The notes below the pieces were generated by a model. The model was given only the letters and a program-made list of their open reading frames with translations. It searched no databases and had not been told where the DNA came from. From Pseudomonadota bacterium (GTDB taxonomy: Bacteria; Pseudomonadota; Alphaproteobacteria; Acetobacterales; Acetobacteraceae), in the NCBI GenBank assembly GCA_021818425.1, contig JAKAEC010000005.1:15462-79461 (forward strand): a DNA stretch of 64,000 nucleotides. Reading direction: 5' to 3'. The position numbers and the translations under genes are program-made. Positions 1 to 9,700 of this stretch are shown one piece after another. Numbering within the stretch: position 1 is the stretch's first letter; each line of letters starts with the position of its first letter.

Positions 1-363
1 GCCGATGAATGTTCGAATCGCGGAAACGGTTGGCAGAGCCAGTACCATCTCTGCCGGTCGTAGCGGGCTGACGAAGATATGACCGAGATTACGAGACCAG
101 ATTTCTTCTAGGAAGCTTAAGGTCACGCCAATCTGTGCGCGCAGCACAATTTCCCAAAGTAGCGCGCCGGCGACGAGTGCGGTCCCGGCCAGAATGGGTG
201 CGCTGCCATGCAAGCTGCGGCTGAAGAAATTCGCGGTAAAGCCCCAGATAAGCAGCTCCAGCGTTGGCCAGTAAGCAATTTCCGCCAAACGTGGCCAGGA
301 GCGCTGGTACATGCACAGATGCCGATACACCAGTCCCCAGATGCGTTGTGCCCCCCCGGTCAT
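1..363 (-). CDS. ABC-2 type transporter permease (5' part; runs off window)
   Basis: Manual translation from ATG 363 gives MTGGAQRIWGLVYRHLCMYQRSWPRLAEIAYWPTLELLIWGF...LEEIWSRNLGHIFVSPLRP. Its start overlaps the stop of the ATPase. Confidence 0.85.
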   Translation of the reverse strand, partial: MTGGAQRIWGLVYRHLCMYQRSWPRLAEIAYWPTLELLIWGFTANFFSRSLHGSAPILAGTALVAGALLWEIVLRAQIGVTLSFLEEIWSRNLGHIFVSPLRPAEMVLALPTVSAIRTFIG

Positions 364-1092
364 ATCGCGTTGTTCCGAGCAATATGAAGAAACACCTCCT
401 CCATATCCTCCCGCCCGTAACGGTTGATCAGCTCCTCTCGTGTACCCTGGTCCGCAACTCGGCCCTGCTTCATTATTAACACTTGGTCGCAGAGTCGCTC
501 CACCTCGGCCATGTTATGGGAGGCCAGCAGAATGGATGCGCCGGTTTGGGCCCGGTAGTTTTCCAAGGCGGTGCGCACGTAATCACCCATATCTGGGTCG
601 AGGCTGGCTGTAGGCTCATCCAGCAGCAATACCTCAGGCTGATTGAGAAAGGATTTCGCCAAGGCGACGCGTGTCTTCTGCCCGGCGGACAGATCGCCCG
701 CCGGGCAGGTGAGCAAGTCCGTCAGCCGGAACTGCTCTGCGATTTGGTCGATCCGCATTTTCAGCTTTGGCACGTTGTATAGATGCCCGTACACTTCGAG
801 ATTTTGCCTCACGGAGAGGCGGGCGGGTAAAGAAATGTAAGGTGAGGAAAAATTCATCCTGGCTAGGGCCGCGAAGCGGTTTTCTGTCATATTCTGCCCA
901 AGCACGCTGATGTGCCCCGAAGTGGGCACCTGGAGCCCCAGCAGCATGGAGATGGTGGTGGTTTTGCCCGCCCCATTGCCGCCTAGTAGCCCAAAAATTT
1001 GCCCGTGCTCCAGCGTGAAGGATAAATGATCCACCGCCAACGCCCCTTTTTTTGTAGCGTTTGACAAGGTTTTCGACGCGGATGGCTTCCAT
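360..1092 (-). pseudogene. ABC transporter ATP-binding protein with +1 frameshift in an A7 run
   Basis: The N-terminus MEAIRVENLVKRYKK (ATG 1092) is in a different frame from GALAVDHLSF...GGNGAGKTT (Walker A), LSAGQ and LLLDEPT. The junction is the T7 run at 1047-1053. Confidence 0.8.
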
Positions 1093-1152
1093 GGCTTCGG
1101 GATAAGCGGATGGTTTACCTTTGCCAACCGTCGCGAACGCGTCTCTCGTTTG

Positions 1153-1510
1153 CTATTTTGTCCGTGCGGCTCGCGATCGGTCGAAGGCCTCCAGCGCCCC
1201 TGTTCAGCGTACATGACCGTAAGCCGGGAGCTCATGTAAATTGCTATGCCCGTCGTCTCCGGTGCTTTCCTCCGCCTAGCGGTGTGCTTGGACGCGGCCT
1301 CGGCACGATAGGAAAAGCAAAACTGGCATCGTATTGCAACACTGATGGCGAGCGCGATTAGCTCCTTGGTTTTCTGGTCCGGCGCCGTGCTGCCATGTGC
1401 TCTTCCGGCGCTAGAGCGGAAAAGCTCCTCATCGCCTCCAGAGCGCCGCTGCGCAGATCCTTTACCCCATCATTCATATCGTCAGTCAGTTGAGCCCAAT
1501 CCTGAATTAT
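1153..1510 (-). pseudogene. Carboxymuconolactone decarboxylase/AhpD-like family pseudogene
   Basis: Frame-hopping translation gives IIQDWAQLTDDMNDGVKDLRSGALEAMRSFSALA / PDQKTKELIALAISVAIRCQFC / GIAIYM...VMYAEQ / ALEAFD. Start appears mutated to ATA, with at least two frameshifts. Confidence 0.75.
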
Positions 1511-1747
1511 GCTCCCGCTCCTGTTTATAACATGACAGCCATAATAGGCTGTGGTGGGCTCGTCTTAATCTCTCTATGGAAGTCGCTCTGGTAAGTTGTG
1601 AGGCCGTGACTGTTGAGCACCGAAACACAACAGAGCGCCGGAAAAAGAGCTGCTCGGAGGCCGCCAAGATAGGCTTATGAAACAATCTCTCGTAGAATTG
1701 ATGGGCCCGGACTCGCACCTTGCAGCTCGTGGGATTATGCGGGGTGC

Positions 1748-2896
1748 ATGGATTCATTGGCACTCTATTTCCATTGGCCATTCTGCCTGGCCAAATGCCC
1801 ATATTGCGATTTCAACTCCCATGTGCGCGAGCGCCTGCCGCAGGAGCAAATGCTGAAGGCGCTGAAAGCGGAGCTGGAGTTCGAGGCTGCAAGGCTGGGT
1901 AAACGGCGGGTGGGTTCCATCTTTTTCGGTGGCGGCACACCTAGCCTAATGGATCCTGAAAGTATCGCGACATTAATTGAGGAGTCCGGGCGCCTGTTCA
2001 CCCTTGCTCCGGAAGCTGAGATCACACTGGAAGCCAACCCCACGAGCGTTGAGGCTGCCAAATTCTCTGCCTACCGCGCGGGCGGCGTCAATCGCGTGTC
2101 CATCGGGGCGCAGAGTTTCTCCCCGGAGGCCTTGAGCTTCCTTGGCCGCGAACACAGTGCGGAGCAGGCTATCGCAGCGATTGAACTGGGGGCTAAGATC
2201 TTCCCTAGGCTCTCTTTTGACCTCATGTATGCCCTCCCCGGCCAGGATCAGGCATCCTGGCGGGCCGAGTTGCGCCTGGCGCTGAATCTCGCGGCCGACC
2301 ATCTCTCCCTTTATCAGCTCACCATTGAGGACGGTACAAAATTTGCCGTCCTTCATTCACGCGGTGAGTTTGTACTGCCGGACGAGGCCGAGGCTGAGGC
2401 GTTGTATGATATCACGGCGGAAGAGGTGGGGCGTTACGGGCTGCAGCGTTACGAAGTTTCCAACTATGCCAAACCGGGTGGGGAGAGCCGGCATAATCTC
2501 ACTTATTGGCGGTATGGCGATTATGCGGGCATCGGCCCTGGCGCGCATGGACGCCTTTCTTTGGGAGGAAAACTGCTCGCTACTACCCGTCATCGCGCGC
2601 CGGAGGTCTGGATGGAACGCGTGGCTGGACACGGCCACGGCACCACACTGGAAGAGGATATACCGGCGGAAGACCGCGCCCGCGAGGCGTTGATCATGGG
2701 CTTGCGGCTGCGGGACGGCATTTCCGCCTCGCAATTTGCCGCCCGCACCGGCATAGCTCTGATCGACGCTCTGGCCCCCGATATTTTGGAGAAAAGCATC
2801 GCGGCGGGTTATCTCAATTTCTCCGGCGGGCGGCTTGCTGCCACTGCAGAGGGGACAAAGAGGCTGGACGCATTGCTGGCAGCCCTAGCGCGATAG
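1748..2896 (+). CDS. hemW: Radical SAM heme chaperone HemW
   Basis: HWPFCLAKCPYCDFNS (CxxxCxxC), GGGTPS, YEVSNYA, HNLTYW. Confidence 0.92.
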   Translation: MDSLALYFHWPFCLAKCPYCDFNSHVRERLPQEQMLKALKAELEFEAARLGKRRVGSIFFGGGTPSLMDPESIATLIEESGRLFTLAPEAEITLEANPTSVEAAKFSAYRAGGVNRVSIGAQSFSPEALSFLGREHSAEQAIAAIELGAKIFPRLSFDLMYALPGQDQASWRAELRLALNLAADHLSLYQLTIEDGTKFAVLHSRGEFVLPDEAEAEALYDITAEEVGRYGLQRYEVSNYAKPGGESRHNLTYWRYGDYAGIGPGAHGRLSLGGKLLATTRHRAPEVWMERVAGHGHGTTLEEDIPAEDRAREALIMGLRLRDGISASQFAARTGIALIDALAPDILEKSIAAGYLNFSGGRLAATAEGTKRLDALLAALAR

Positions 2897-2926
2897 TATA
2901 GGCGGGGTCGGATAAGGGTTTTTTCG

Positions 2927-4330
2927 ATGCGCTATGTTTCGACGCGGGGCCAAGCCCCGGAGATGGATTTTGTTGGCGTGCTGTTGGCGGGCTTGGCCGC
3001 CGATGGCGGGCTTTATATGCCTGCCGGCTGGCCGCGCTTTTCTGCGTCTGAGCTGAAATCCCTGCGTGGCCTCCCCTATCCTGAGCTGGCGGCGAGAATC
3101 ATTGCGCCGTTTACGGCGGGCAGCATCGAGTACTCGGATCTGCTTTCTATGTGCCGCCGCGCTTACGTGGGCTTTGCCCATAAGGCGATCGTGCCGCTGG
3201 CGCAGGTGGACACCAACCTATACGCGCTAGAGCTGTTCCATGGCCCCACGCTCGCCTTCAAGGACATGGCATTGCAGCTCGTTGGCCATTTATTCGAGCA
3301 TGTGTTGGCTCAGCGCGGTGAGAAGGTGTGCATCGTGGGAGCGACCTCCGGAGATACCGGCTCGGCGGCCATCGAAGCTGTAGCCAACCGGAAGAATATT
3401 GACATCACCATCCTTCATCCTGAGGGCAAGACCTCCGAGGTGCAACGCCGCCAGATGACCACCGTACAGGCCGATAACGTGCTGAACATAGCCGTTGCCG
3501 GTAATTTCGACGATTGCCAGGACCTAGTGAAGGCAATGTTCGCTGATGAGCCATTCCGGGCAGAGATGAACCTCTCGGCAGTGAATTCCATCAATTTCGC
3601 CCGTGTTGCCGCGCAGATTCCCTATTATGTCTACGCGGCTCTGAACCTCGGTGCGCCGGAACGAGAAGTGGCGGTCGCCGTGCCGACGGGCAATTTTGGC
3701 AATATCCTGGCCGCCTGGGCGGCAAAGCAAATGGGTTTGCCGATTGCCAAATTCATCGTGGCGAGCAACCGCAATGACATTCTGACCCGCTTCCTTGGTG
3801 CCAATGACATGAGCGTGAGAACCGTGGAGCCGAGCTTATCGCCGTCCATGGATATCGGCGTCAGCTCCAATTTTGAGCGGCTTTTGTTCGACTTCTTGGG
3901 CAGAGACGCGGCACTGACGGCGAAGACGATGATGGATTTCCGCGCCACTGGGAAAATGGTAGTGGAAGCCACGGTTTGGTATTCGATCCGCCAGCAGTTC
4001 GAGGGCTATAGGCTAGATGACGAGGCGACGCTAAAGGAAATCGGGCGGTTTTATGCGGAAAGCGAATATCTGGCGGACCCGCACAGTGTGATCGGCCTGG
4101 CCGCTGGACGGGATTGCGGGCCCATCGGCCTGCCGGTGATTTGCGCCGCCACCGCGCATCCGGCAAAGTTTCCTGATGCCATCCAAAAAGCGGTGGGCTT
4201 ACGCCCGCCCCTACCCCCGCACCTTTCCGACCTATATGACAGGAAAGAGACTTTCACCCGCGCCCCGGCAGACCTCGCCGAGATCGAGACAATGGTGCGG
4301 AATTTTACGAACAGGAACAGAAATGCCTGA
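2927..4330 (+). CDS. thrC: Threonine synthase
   Basis: MRYVSTRG, LELFHGPTLAFKDMA (PLP Lys), ATSGDTG, PTGNFGN, TAHPAKF. Confidence 0.96.
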   Translation: MRYVSTRGQAPEMDFVGVLLAGLAADGGLYMPAGWPRFSASELKSLRGLPYPELAARIIAPFTAGSIEYSDLLSMCRRAYVGFAHKAIVPLAQVDTNLYALELFHGPTLAFKDMALQLVGHLFEHVLAQRGEKVCIVGATSGDTGSAAIEAVANRKNIDITILHPEGKTSEVQRRQMTTVQADNVLNIAVAGNFDDCQDLVKAMFADEPFRAEMNLSAVNSINFARVAAQIPYYVYAALNLGAPEREVAVAVPTGNFGNILAAWAAKQMGLPIAKFIVASNRNDILTRFLGANDMSVRTVEPSLSPSMDIGVSSNFERLLFDFLGRDAALTAKTMMDFRATGKMVVEATVWYSIRQQFEGYRLDDEATLKEIGRFYAESEYLADPHSVIGLAAGRDCGPIGLPVICAATAHPAKFPDAIQKAVGLRPPLPPHLSDLYDRKETFTRAPADLAEIETMVRNFTNRNRNA

Positions 4331-5588
4331 ACAGGTACGCATCACTACACTGCCTTCCGGCCTCACCGTGCTGACCGAGCGTATGGAGCGCGTGGAGACC
4401 GTGTCTTTAGGCGCCTACGTGGGGGCCGGTACCCGCCACGAGACCGCTGCCGAGAACGGGGTGGCGCATTTTCTTGAGCATATGGCTTTTAAGGGCACGG
4501 AGCGGCGCTCGGCAGCCGACATCGCTGAGGCGATTGAGAACGTCGGCGGTCATATCAACGCCTATACCTCCCGCGAGCAGACGGCCTATTATGTGAAGCT
4601 GCTGAAAGAGGATCTGGCGCTAGGGGCGGATATCATCGGCGATATTCTCTGTCATTCCAGCTTTGAGCCGGAAGAACTGGAGCGCGAGCGCGGAGTAATT
4701 TTGCAGGAGATCGGCCAAGCAAACGACACGCCGGACGATATTGTGTTCGACCATTTTCAGTCTGCTGCCTATCCCAGCCAGCCGATGGGCCGGCCCGTGT
4801 TGGGCACGGAGCAGATTGTTCGTTCCATGAAGCGTGAGGCGTTGCCCGGCTTCATGCGCCAGCACTACACGCCGGACAACATGGTAATCGCCGCCTCTGG
4901 CAATCTCTATCACGAGCAGGTGGTGGAGCTGACGGAAAAGCATTTCGCCGATCTGCCACGCGCGAAGCGCGTGGCTCCGATGCCTGCGGACTACATGGGA
5001 GGCGAATACCGGGAGCTACGAGACCTGGATCAGGCACATATTGTACTGGGCTTCAACTCGCCTGCCTATGGTGAGGCGGATTATTATCCGGCCATGTTGC
5101 TCTCCACACTGCTGGGTGGGGGTATGTCGTCCCGCCTGTTTCAGGAAATCCGGGAAAAGCGCGGGTTGGTTTACTCCATATATAGCTTCACTGCCCCGGC
5201 CGAGGATGGTGGGCTGTTTGGCATTTACGCGGGCACTGGCGAGTCCGAGGCGGCAGAGCTGATTCCCGTGACGCTGGAAGAGCTGGAGAAGGTGCAGCGC
5301 CAGGTGAGCGAACCGGAGCTGAACCGTGCGCGAGCGCAGCTGAAGGCGGGGCTGCTGATGAGCTTGGAATCCACCGGTAGCCGGTGCGAGCAACTCGCCC
5401 GGCAATGGCAGGTGTTTGGGCGGATTATCCCGGTTGCAGAGACCGTTGCCAAAATCAATGCCGTGACGGTGGATGACATCCGCGCAGCGGGAATGAAGAT
5501 TTTCCGACAGAAGCCAACTTTGGCCACCATCGGCCCGGTTGCGCAGGTGCCAAAATTTTCCTCGATCATCGACCGGCTCGCGGCGTGA
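4323..5588 (+). CDS. M16 family zinc peptidase (MPP-beta-like)
   Basis: HFLEHMAFKG (HxxEH) and LGGGMSSRLFQEIREKRGL; start MPEQ overlaps the thrC end. Confidence 0.92.
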   Translation: MPEQVRITTLPSGLTVLTERMERVETVSLGAYVGAGTRHETAAENGVAHFLEHMAFKGTERRSAADIAEAIENVGGHINAYTSREQTAYYVKLLKEDLALGADIIGDILCHSSFEPEELERERGVILQEIGQANDTPDDIVFDHFQSAAYPSQPMGRPVLGTEQIVRSMKREALPGFMRQHYTPDNMVIAASGNLYHEQVVELTEKHFADLPRAKRVAPMPADYMGGEYRELRDLDQAHIVLGFNSPAYGEADYYPAMLLSTLLGGGMSSRLFQEIREKRGLVYSIYSFTAPAEDGGLFGIYAGTGESEAAELIPVTLEELEKVQRQVSEPELNRARAQLKAGLLMSLESTGSRCEQLARQWQVFGRIIPVAETVAKINAVTVDDIRAAGMKIFRQKPTLATIGPVAQVPKFSSIIDRLAA

Positions 5589-6889
5589 GCGCGCTTGGTG
5601 ACGCCGCAGCCGCCCTATTGGAGGCTGCAAAGCGGGCTGGGGCCGAGGTGGCCGAAGTGGGGCTTTGCAAAGGAGCCTCCGTTGGCCTTCAGCGGCGATT
5701 GCGGAAGATTGAGGAGACTGAAAGGGCCGAGACTACTGAGCTTGGTCTGCGAGTGTTCCTGGGGCGCTGCTCGGCCAGTGTTTCTGCCAGTTCCATTGAT
5801 CATGGCGCCTTTGTGCGCCTTGCCGAACAGGCAGTGGCGATGGCGAAAGTGGTGCCGGAAGACCCGTTCGCTGAAATTCCGTTTGCTCCGCCGGCACAAG
5901 ACGCCGCGTTTTTGGAGCTGGACGATCCAGTCGAGCCGACTGCCGATGTGTTGATCAAGCGTGCTACCTTGGCGGAAGAGGCAGCCCTTGCAGTGCCCGG
6001 CATCACAAATTCCGAAGGCGGCTCCGCCTCCTGGTCGCGTTCCATTTCCGTATTGGCCAATAGTCATGGGTTTCTCGGAGAATATGCGCGTTCATCGCAT
6101 GGTATTTCTATCACCGCTATTGCGGGCTCCGGCACGGACATGCAGCGCGATTACGATTTCGATTTCGTGATTCATGGCGCGGATCTGGGCGACGCTGCAC
6201 AACTTGGCCGCAACGCCGCTGCCCGTGCCTTGGCCCGCCTCAACCCTAAACGCCCGGCCACAGCCAAGCTGCCTGTTCTGTTCGACCCGCGCGTGTCGGG
6301 TTCTATTCTTAGCCATTTTGCCGGCGCCATTTCGGGGGCTTCCATCGCGCGCGGCACTTCCTTTCTAAAGGATGCGCTGGGCCAGCAGGTTTTCAGGCAC
6401 GGCATCAATGTCGTCGACGACCCCTTGCGCGTGCGCGGCCGCCGCTCCCGTCCGTTCGACCGCGAGGGTCAGAGCGTAAAGCGGATGCATTTCATTGAGG
6501 ATGGCCGCCTGACCGATTGGGTGCTGGATACGCGCTCGGCCAATCAACTTGGCCTCAAAACAAATGGCCACGCCGGGGGCTTGAGCAATTTCTATATGGA
6601 GCCGGGATCGATGACACCCGAGCAACTTATGGCGGACATTACCGAGGGGCTGTATGTGACTGAGATGCTGGGCTCTAGCGTCAACGGCCTGACTGGTGAT
6701 TATTCGCGTGGGGCTGCGGGTTTCATGATCAGGGGCGGCCAGATTGCCGAGCCGGTAGCGGAATTTACCATTGCCGGGAACCTTAAGGACATGTTCCTCA
6801 ATCTCACCCCGGCCAGCGATTTGAAATTCAAGTACGGCACGGATGCGCCGACCTTGCGGATTGAGGGCATGACGCTGGCGGGGGCCTGA
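5585..6889 (+). CDS. pmbA: TldE/PmbA metalloprotease subunit
   Basis: MQRDYDF, SRPFDREG, VNGLTGDYSRGAAGF, FTIAGNLKDMF; lacks the HEAxGH motif of TldD. Confidence 0.9.
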   Translation: MSALGDAAAALLEAAKRAGAEVAEVGLCKGASVGLQRRLRKIEETERAETTELGLRVFLGRCSASVSASSIDHGAFVRLAEQAVAMAKVVPEDPFAEIPFAPPAQDAAFLELDDPVEPTADVLIKRATLAEEAALAVPGITNSEGGSASWSRSISVLANSHGFLGEYARSSHGISITAIAGSGTDMQRDYDFDFVIHGADLGDAAQLGRNAAARALARLNPKRPATAKLPVLFDPRVSGSILSHFAGAISGASIARGTSFLKDALGQQVFRHGINVVDDPLRVRGRRSRPFDREGQSVKRMHFIEDGRLTDWVLDTRSANQLGLKTNGHAGGLSNFYMEPGSMTPEQLMADITEGLYVTEMLGSSVNGLTGDYSRGAAGFMIRGGQIAEPVAEFTIAGNLKDMFLNLTPASDLKFKYGTDAPTLRIEGMTLAGA

Positions 6890-6995
6890 AGGCGCCACGC
6901 CGCTGGAGGTGGTAGCCGCGGCGCATGCTGTGCTACATTGCTGCCGCCGGTCGGGTCGACCTAGATTTAAAATTCTCTGACTTCTCGCTTGGCTG

Positions 6996-7460
6996 TTACA
7001 ACACAGGCAGTTCGGTGGTACGTTTCACTGTGCGCAGCGTAAGAGTAGATTGCACGCGCCTAATGCCGGGCAGGCGGGTGAGAACCTCCGAATGCAGCCG
7101 CTCCAAATCCTCGGCGCCATTATAAACCACGCGCAGCAGATAGTCTGCTTGGCCGGCGAGTAGATAGCATTCCTGCGCTTGCGGAATTAATTTCACCCGC
7201 GCCTCGAATGCGTCCAGCAGCTTACGATCCTGCCCTTCCAGCGTGATGAACACATAGGCCGTGCCAGGCAAGCCCGCCGCCTTCTGGTCCAGTACCAGAT
7301 GTGTACCTTCCACCAGCGGGTTTTCGAGCAGCAGGTGGAGGCGCCTTAAGCAGGCGGAGGGGGAGAGATTTACCTTTTCCGCTAACTCGGCATTGCTTAG
7401 CCGCCCCTCCTGCTGCAGCGCGTTGAGGATCTTACGGTCGGTCTCGTCCAAATTGAGCAT
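6996..7460 (-). CDS. Lrp/AsnC family regulator (AldR-like, divergent from ald)
   Basis: LDETDRKILNALQQEGRLSNAELAEKVNLSPSACLRR HTH; GQADYLLRV. Confidence 0.92.
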   Translation of the reverse strand: MLNLDETDRKILNALQQEGRLSNAELAEKVNLSPSACLRRLHLLLENPLVEGTHLVLDQKAAGLPGTAYVFITLEGQDRKLLDAFEARVKLIPQAQECYLLAGQADYLLRVVYNGAEDLERLHSEVLTRLPGIRRVQSTLTLRTVKRTTELPVL

Positions 7461-7612
7461 GCAATTTTATTCTTATGAATTTCTAATGTTTCGAATTTAT
7501 CATCTGTAAACAGCGAGAGAAACCTAAAAATATGGGAAAAATGGCATGAGACTCGTTGTATCCTTCGAACATAATTCGGCTGGAAAGGATCCGGCTGTTC
7601 GGGAGAAAACAG
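7461..7612. promoter_or_regulatory. AT-rich divergent promoter region lrp/ald with candidate Lrp-type sites
   Basis: AT-rich with imperfect palindromes (gcaattttattc, cgaacataattcg) between a divergent regulator and target; the sites are inferred. Confidence 0.45.
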
Positions 7613-8731
7613 ATGCTCATCGGTGTGCCCAGTGAAATCAAGGATCATGAAGACCGCGTCGGCATGGTGCCTGGCGCAGTGCATGAGTTGGTGGCCAAGG
7701 GCCATGAGGTTTTGCTGCAACAGGGTGCCGGCAAGAATATCGGCTTGACGGACAGGGACTACGCGGAGGCGGGGGCCAAGATCGTGCCGGATGCGGATGC
7801 CGTTTGGACCAAGGCCGAGATGATTGTGAAGGTGAAGGAACCGCTAGCAACGGAGCGCAAGAAACTGCGTCCCGACCAACTTTTGTTCACCTATCTGCAT
7901 TTGGCGCCAGACCCAGAGCAGGCGCGGGATCTCATCGCTTCCGGCGCCACCTGCATCGCATATGAGACCGTGACTAGCCCGGCGGGTGCGCTGCCGCTGC
8001 TGCAGCCAATGTCCGAAGTGGCTGGGCGGATGTCTGTTCAGGTTGGAGCGCAGTATTTGGAGAACGCCTATGGTGGTTCCGGCGTGCTCTTGGGTGGCGT
8101 GGCCGGCGTGGCGCCAGCCAGTGTGGTGATCCTTGGCGGTGGTGTGTCCGGTACCAACGCGGCGTTGATGGCTGTTGGTTTGGGCGCGGATGTGACCGTG
8201 GCGGACCGTTCGCCGGACGTGCTGCGCCGAATCATCGCCACTTTTGGCACTCGAGTGAAAACCGCCTATTCCACCAAGGATATGGTGAGCAGGGCCGTGG
8301 CGCAGGCCGACCTCGTGATAGGCACGGTTTTGATCCCGGGTGCGGCCACTCCCAAGCTCGTGACCCGGGCGATGCTGAAGACGATGCGTCCAGGTTCCGT
8401 GATTGTGGATGTGGCGATCGACCAGGGCGGTTGCACGGAAACATCACGTGCAACCACTCATTCCGAGCCGACTTATGTGGTCGACGGTGTGACGCATTAC
8501 TGCGTAACGAACATGCCAGGCGGTGTGGCGCGTACTTCCACCTTCGCGCTTAGCAACGCCACCCTACCTTACATCGTAGCGTTGGCGGACAAGGGCTGGA
8601 AGCATGCGCTGGCGGAGGACAAGCACCTGCGTGATGGCTTGAATGTGCAGGGTGGCGCCATCACTCACCCGGCAGTAGCTGCTGCCCTTGGCATGAATCT
8701 CAAGACCGTGGAACAGGCGCTCGGCACCTGA
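7613..8731 (+). CDS. ald: Alanine dehydrogenase
   Basis: MLIGVPSEIKDHEDRV, KVKEP, FTYLHLA, DVAIDQGGC, HYCVTNMPG. Confidence 0.96.
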   Translation: MLIGVPSEIKDHEDRVGMVPGAVHELVAKGHEVLLQQGAGKNIGLTDRDYAEAGAKIVPDADAVWTKAEMIVKVKEPLATERKKLRPDQLLFTYLHLAPDPEQARDLIASGATCIAYETVTSPAGALPLLQPMSEVAGRMSVQVGAQYLENAYGGSGVLLGGVAGVAPASVVILGGGVSGTNAALMAVGLGADVTVADRSPDVLRRIIATFGTRVKTAYSTKDMVSRAVAQADLVIGTVLIPGAATPKLVTRAMLKTMRPGSVIVDVAIDQGGCTETSRATTHSEPTYVVDGVTHYCVTNMPGGVARTSTFALSNATLPYIVALADKGWKHALAEDKHLRDGLNVQGGAITHPAVAAALGMNLKTVEQALGT

Positions 8732-8740
8732 GCGGCCGGG

Positions 8741-8989
8741 CTAATGCCCCGACTTATCCCAAGGCGCATTACCGAGGTTGACTTGCTTAGGCGTGGTATT
8801 GGACCCGGCTAGCGCTCCGGCGCCGGCGCCGATGCCAGCCCCAACCACAACCCCGATGGGGCCACCGACAATGCCGATTAATGCACCTGTAGCGGCGCCA
8901 CCCGCCGCCGTGCCAGTGGTGCGTCCCGTGCCATGCCCGCATCCTGCTAGGGGAAGCGCCAAGGTAAGCAACAGGCATCTTTTTAACAT
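8741..8989 (-). CDS. Small glycine-zipper lipoprotein
   Basis: Signal peptide with LAGC lipobox, followed by GxxxG repeats (GAATGALIGIVGGPIG...GAGAGALAG). Confidence 0.75.
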   Translation of the reverse strand: MLKRCLLLTLALPLAGCGHGTGRTTGTAAGGAATGALIGIVGGPIGVVVGAGIGAGAGALAGSNTTPKQVNLGNAPWDKSGH

Positions 8990-9175
8990 TCCAATCTCCT
9001 GCGTGGTGCGCCGATTGTTTCAGACGCAAACCGCGCCGCGCAAGTTTCGATATGTTAAGCGGTGCGGCTGCATGGAAGCAAGCCAGACCGCTCAGGCTTT
9101 TGTTCCGGGCAAAAAAGAGTTGCGGCGCGGCAAACGTAGCGTACATGCTGTGATTAAAACAAGTTGGAGGGTCGG

Positions 9176-9631
9176 ATGTCAGGTACGTCAGAATTTCCGG
9201 TGTTGAAAAAGCCGAGTTGGATGGATGACTTTAAAGCCTTCATTATGCGCGGCAATGTTGTGGACTTGGCGGTTGGTGTCGTTATTGGCGCGGCGTTTAC
9301 GGGCATTGTGAATTCTCTGGTTAAGGACATCATCAATCCAGTTATCGGGCTGATTACGGGCGGCGTAGATTTTTCCAACCATTTCATTGTCTTAAAAGGT
9401 ATCCCGGCGCTAACCTTGGCTGCCGCGCAAAAGGCCGGGGATGTGACGCTGAATTATGGTGTGTTCATCAACGCCGTCATCAATTTTATCATTATCGCCG
9501 CCGCAATCTTTTGGATGGTTCGGGTTGTTCAAAAGATTTACAAAACGCCCACCCCACCGGCCGCTGCTCCAGCGCCAACCCCAACGGAGACGTTGCTGGC
9601 TGAGATTCGGGACTTGCTGAGAGCGAAATAG
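9176..9631 (+). CDS. mscL: Large-conductance mechanosensitive channel
   Basis: FKAFIMRGNVVDLAVGVVIGAAF...LLAEIRDLL. Confidence 0.96.
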   Translation: MSGTSEFPVLKKPSWMDDFKAFIMRGNVVDLAVGVVIGAAFTGIVNSLVKDIINPVIGLITGGVDFSNHFIVLKGIPALTLAAAQKAGDVTLNYGVFINAVINFIIIAAAIFWMVRVVQKIYKTPTPPAAAPAPTPTETLLAEIRDLLRAK

Positions 9632-9700
9632 CCATTTGCGTGCAGGATGAGGGATGCCCAAGGCTTCCCTCCGCGCCGAGATGTGCTAAGCCCCGGGTCC

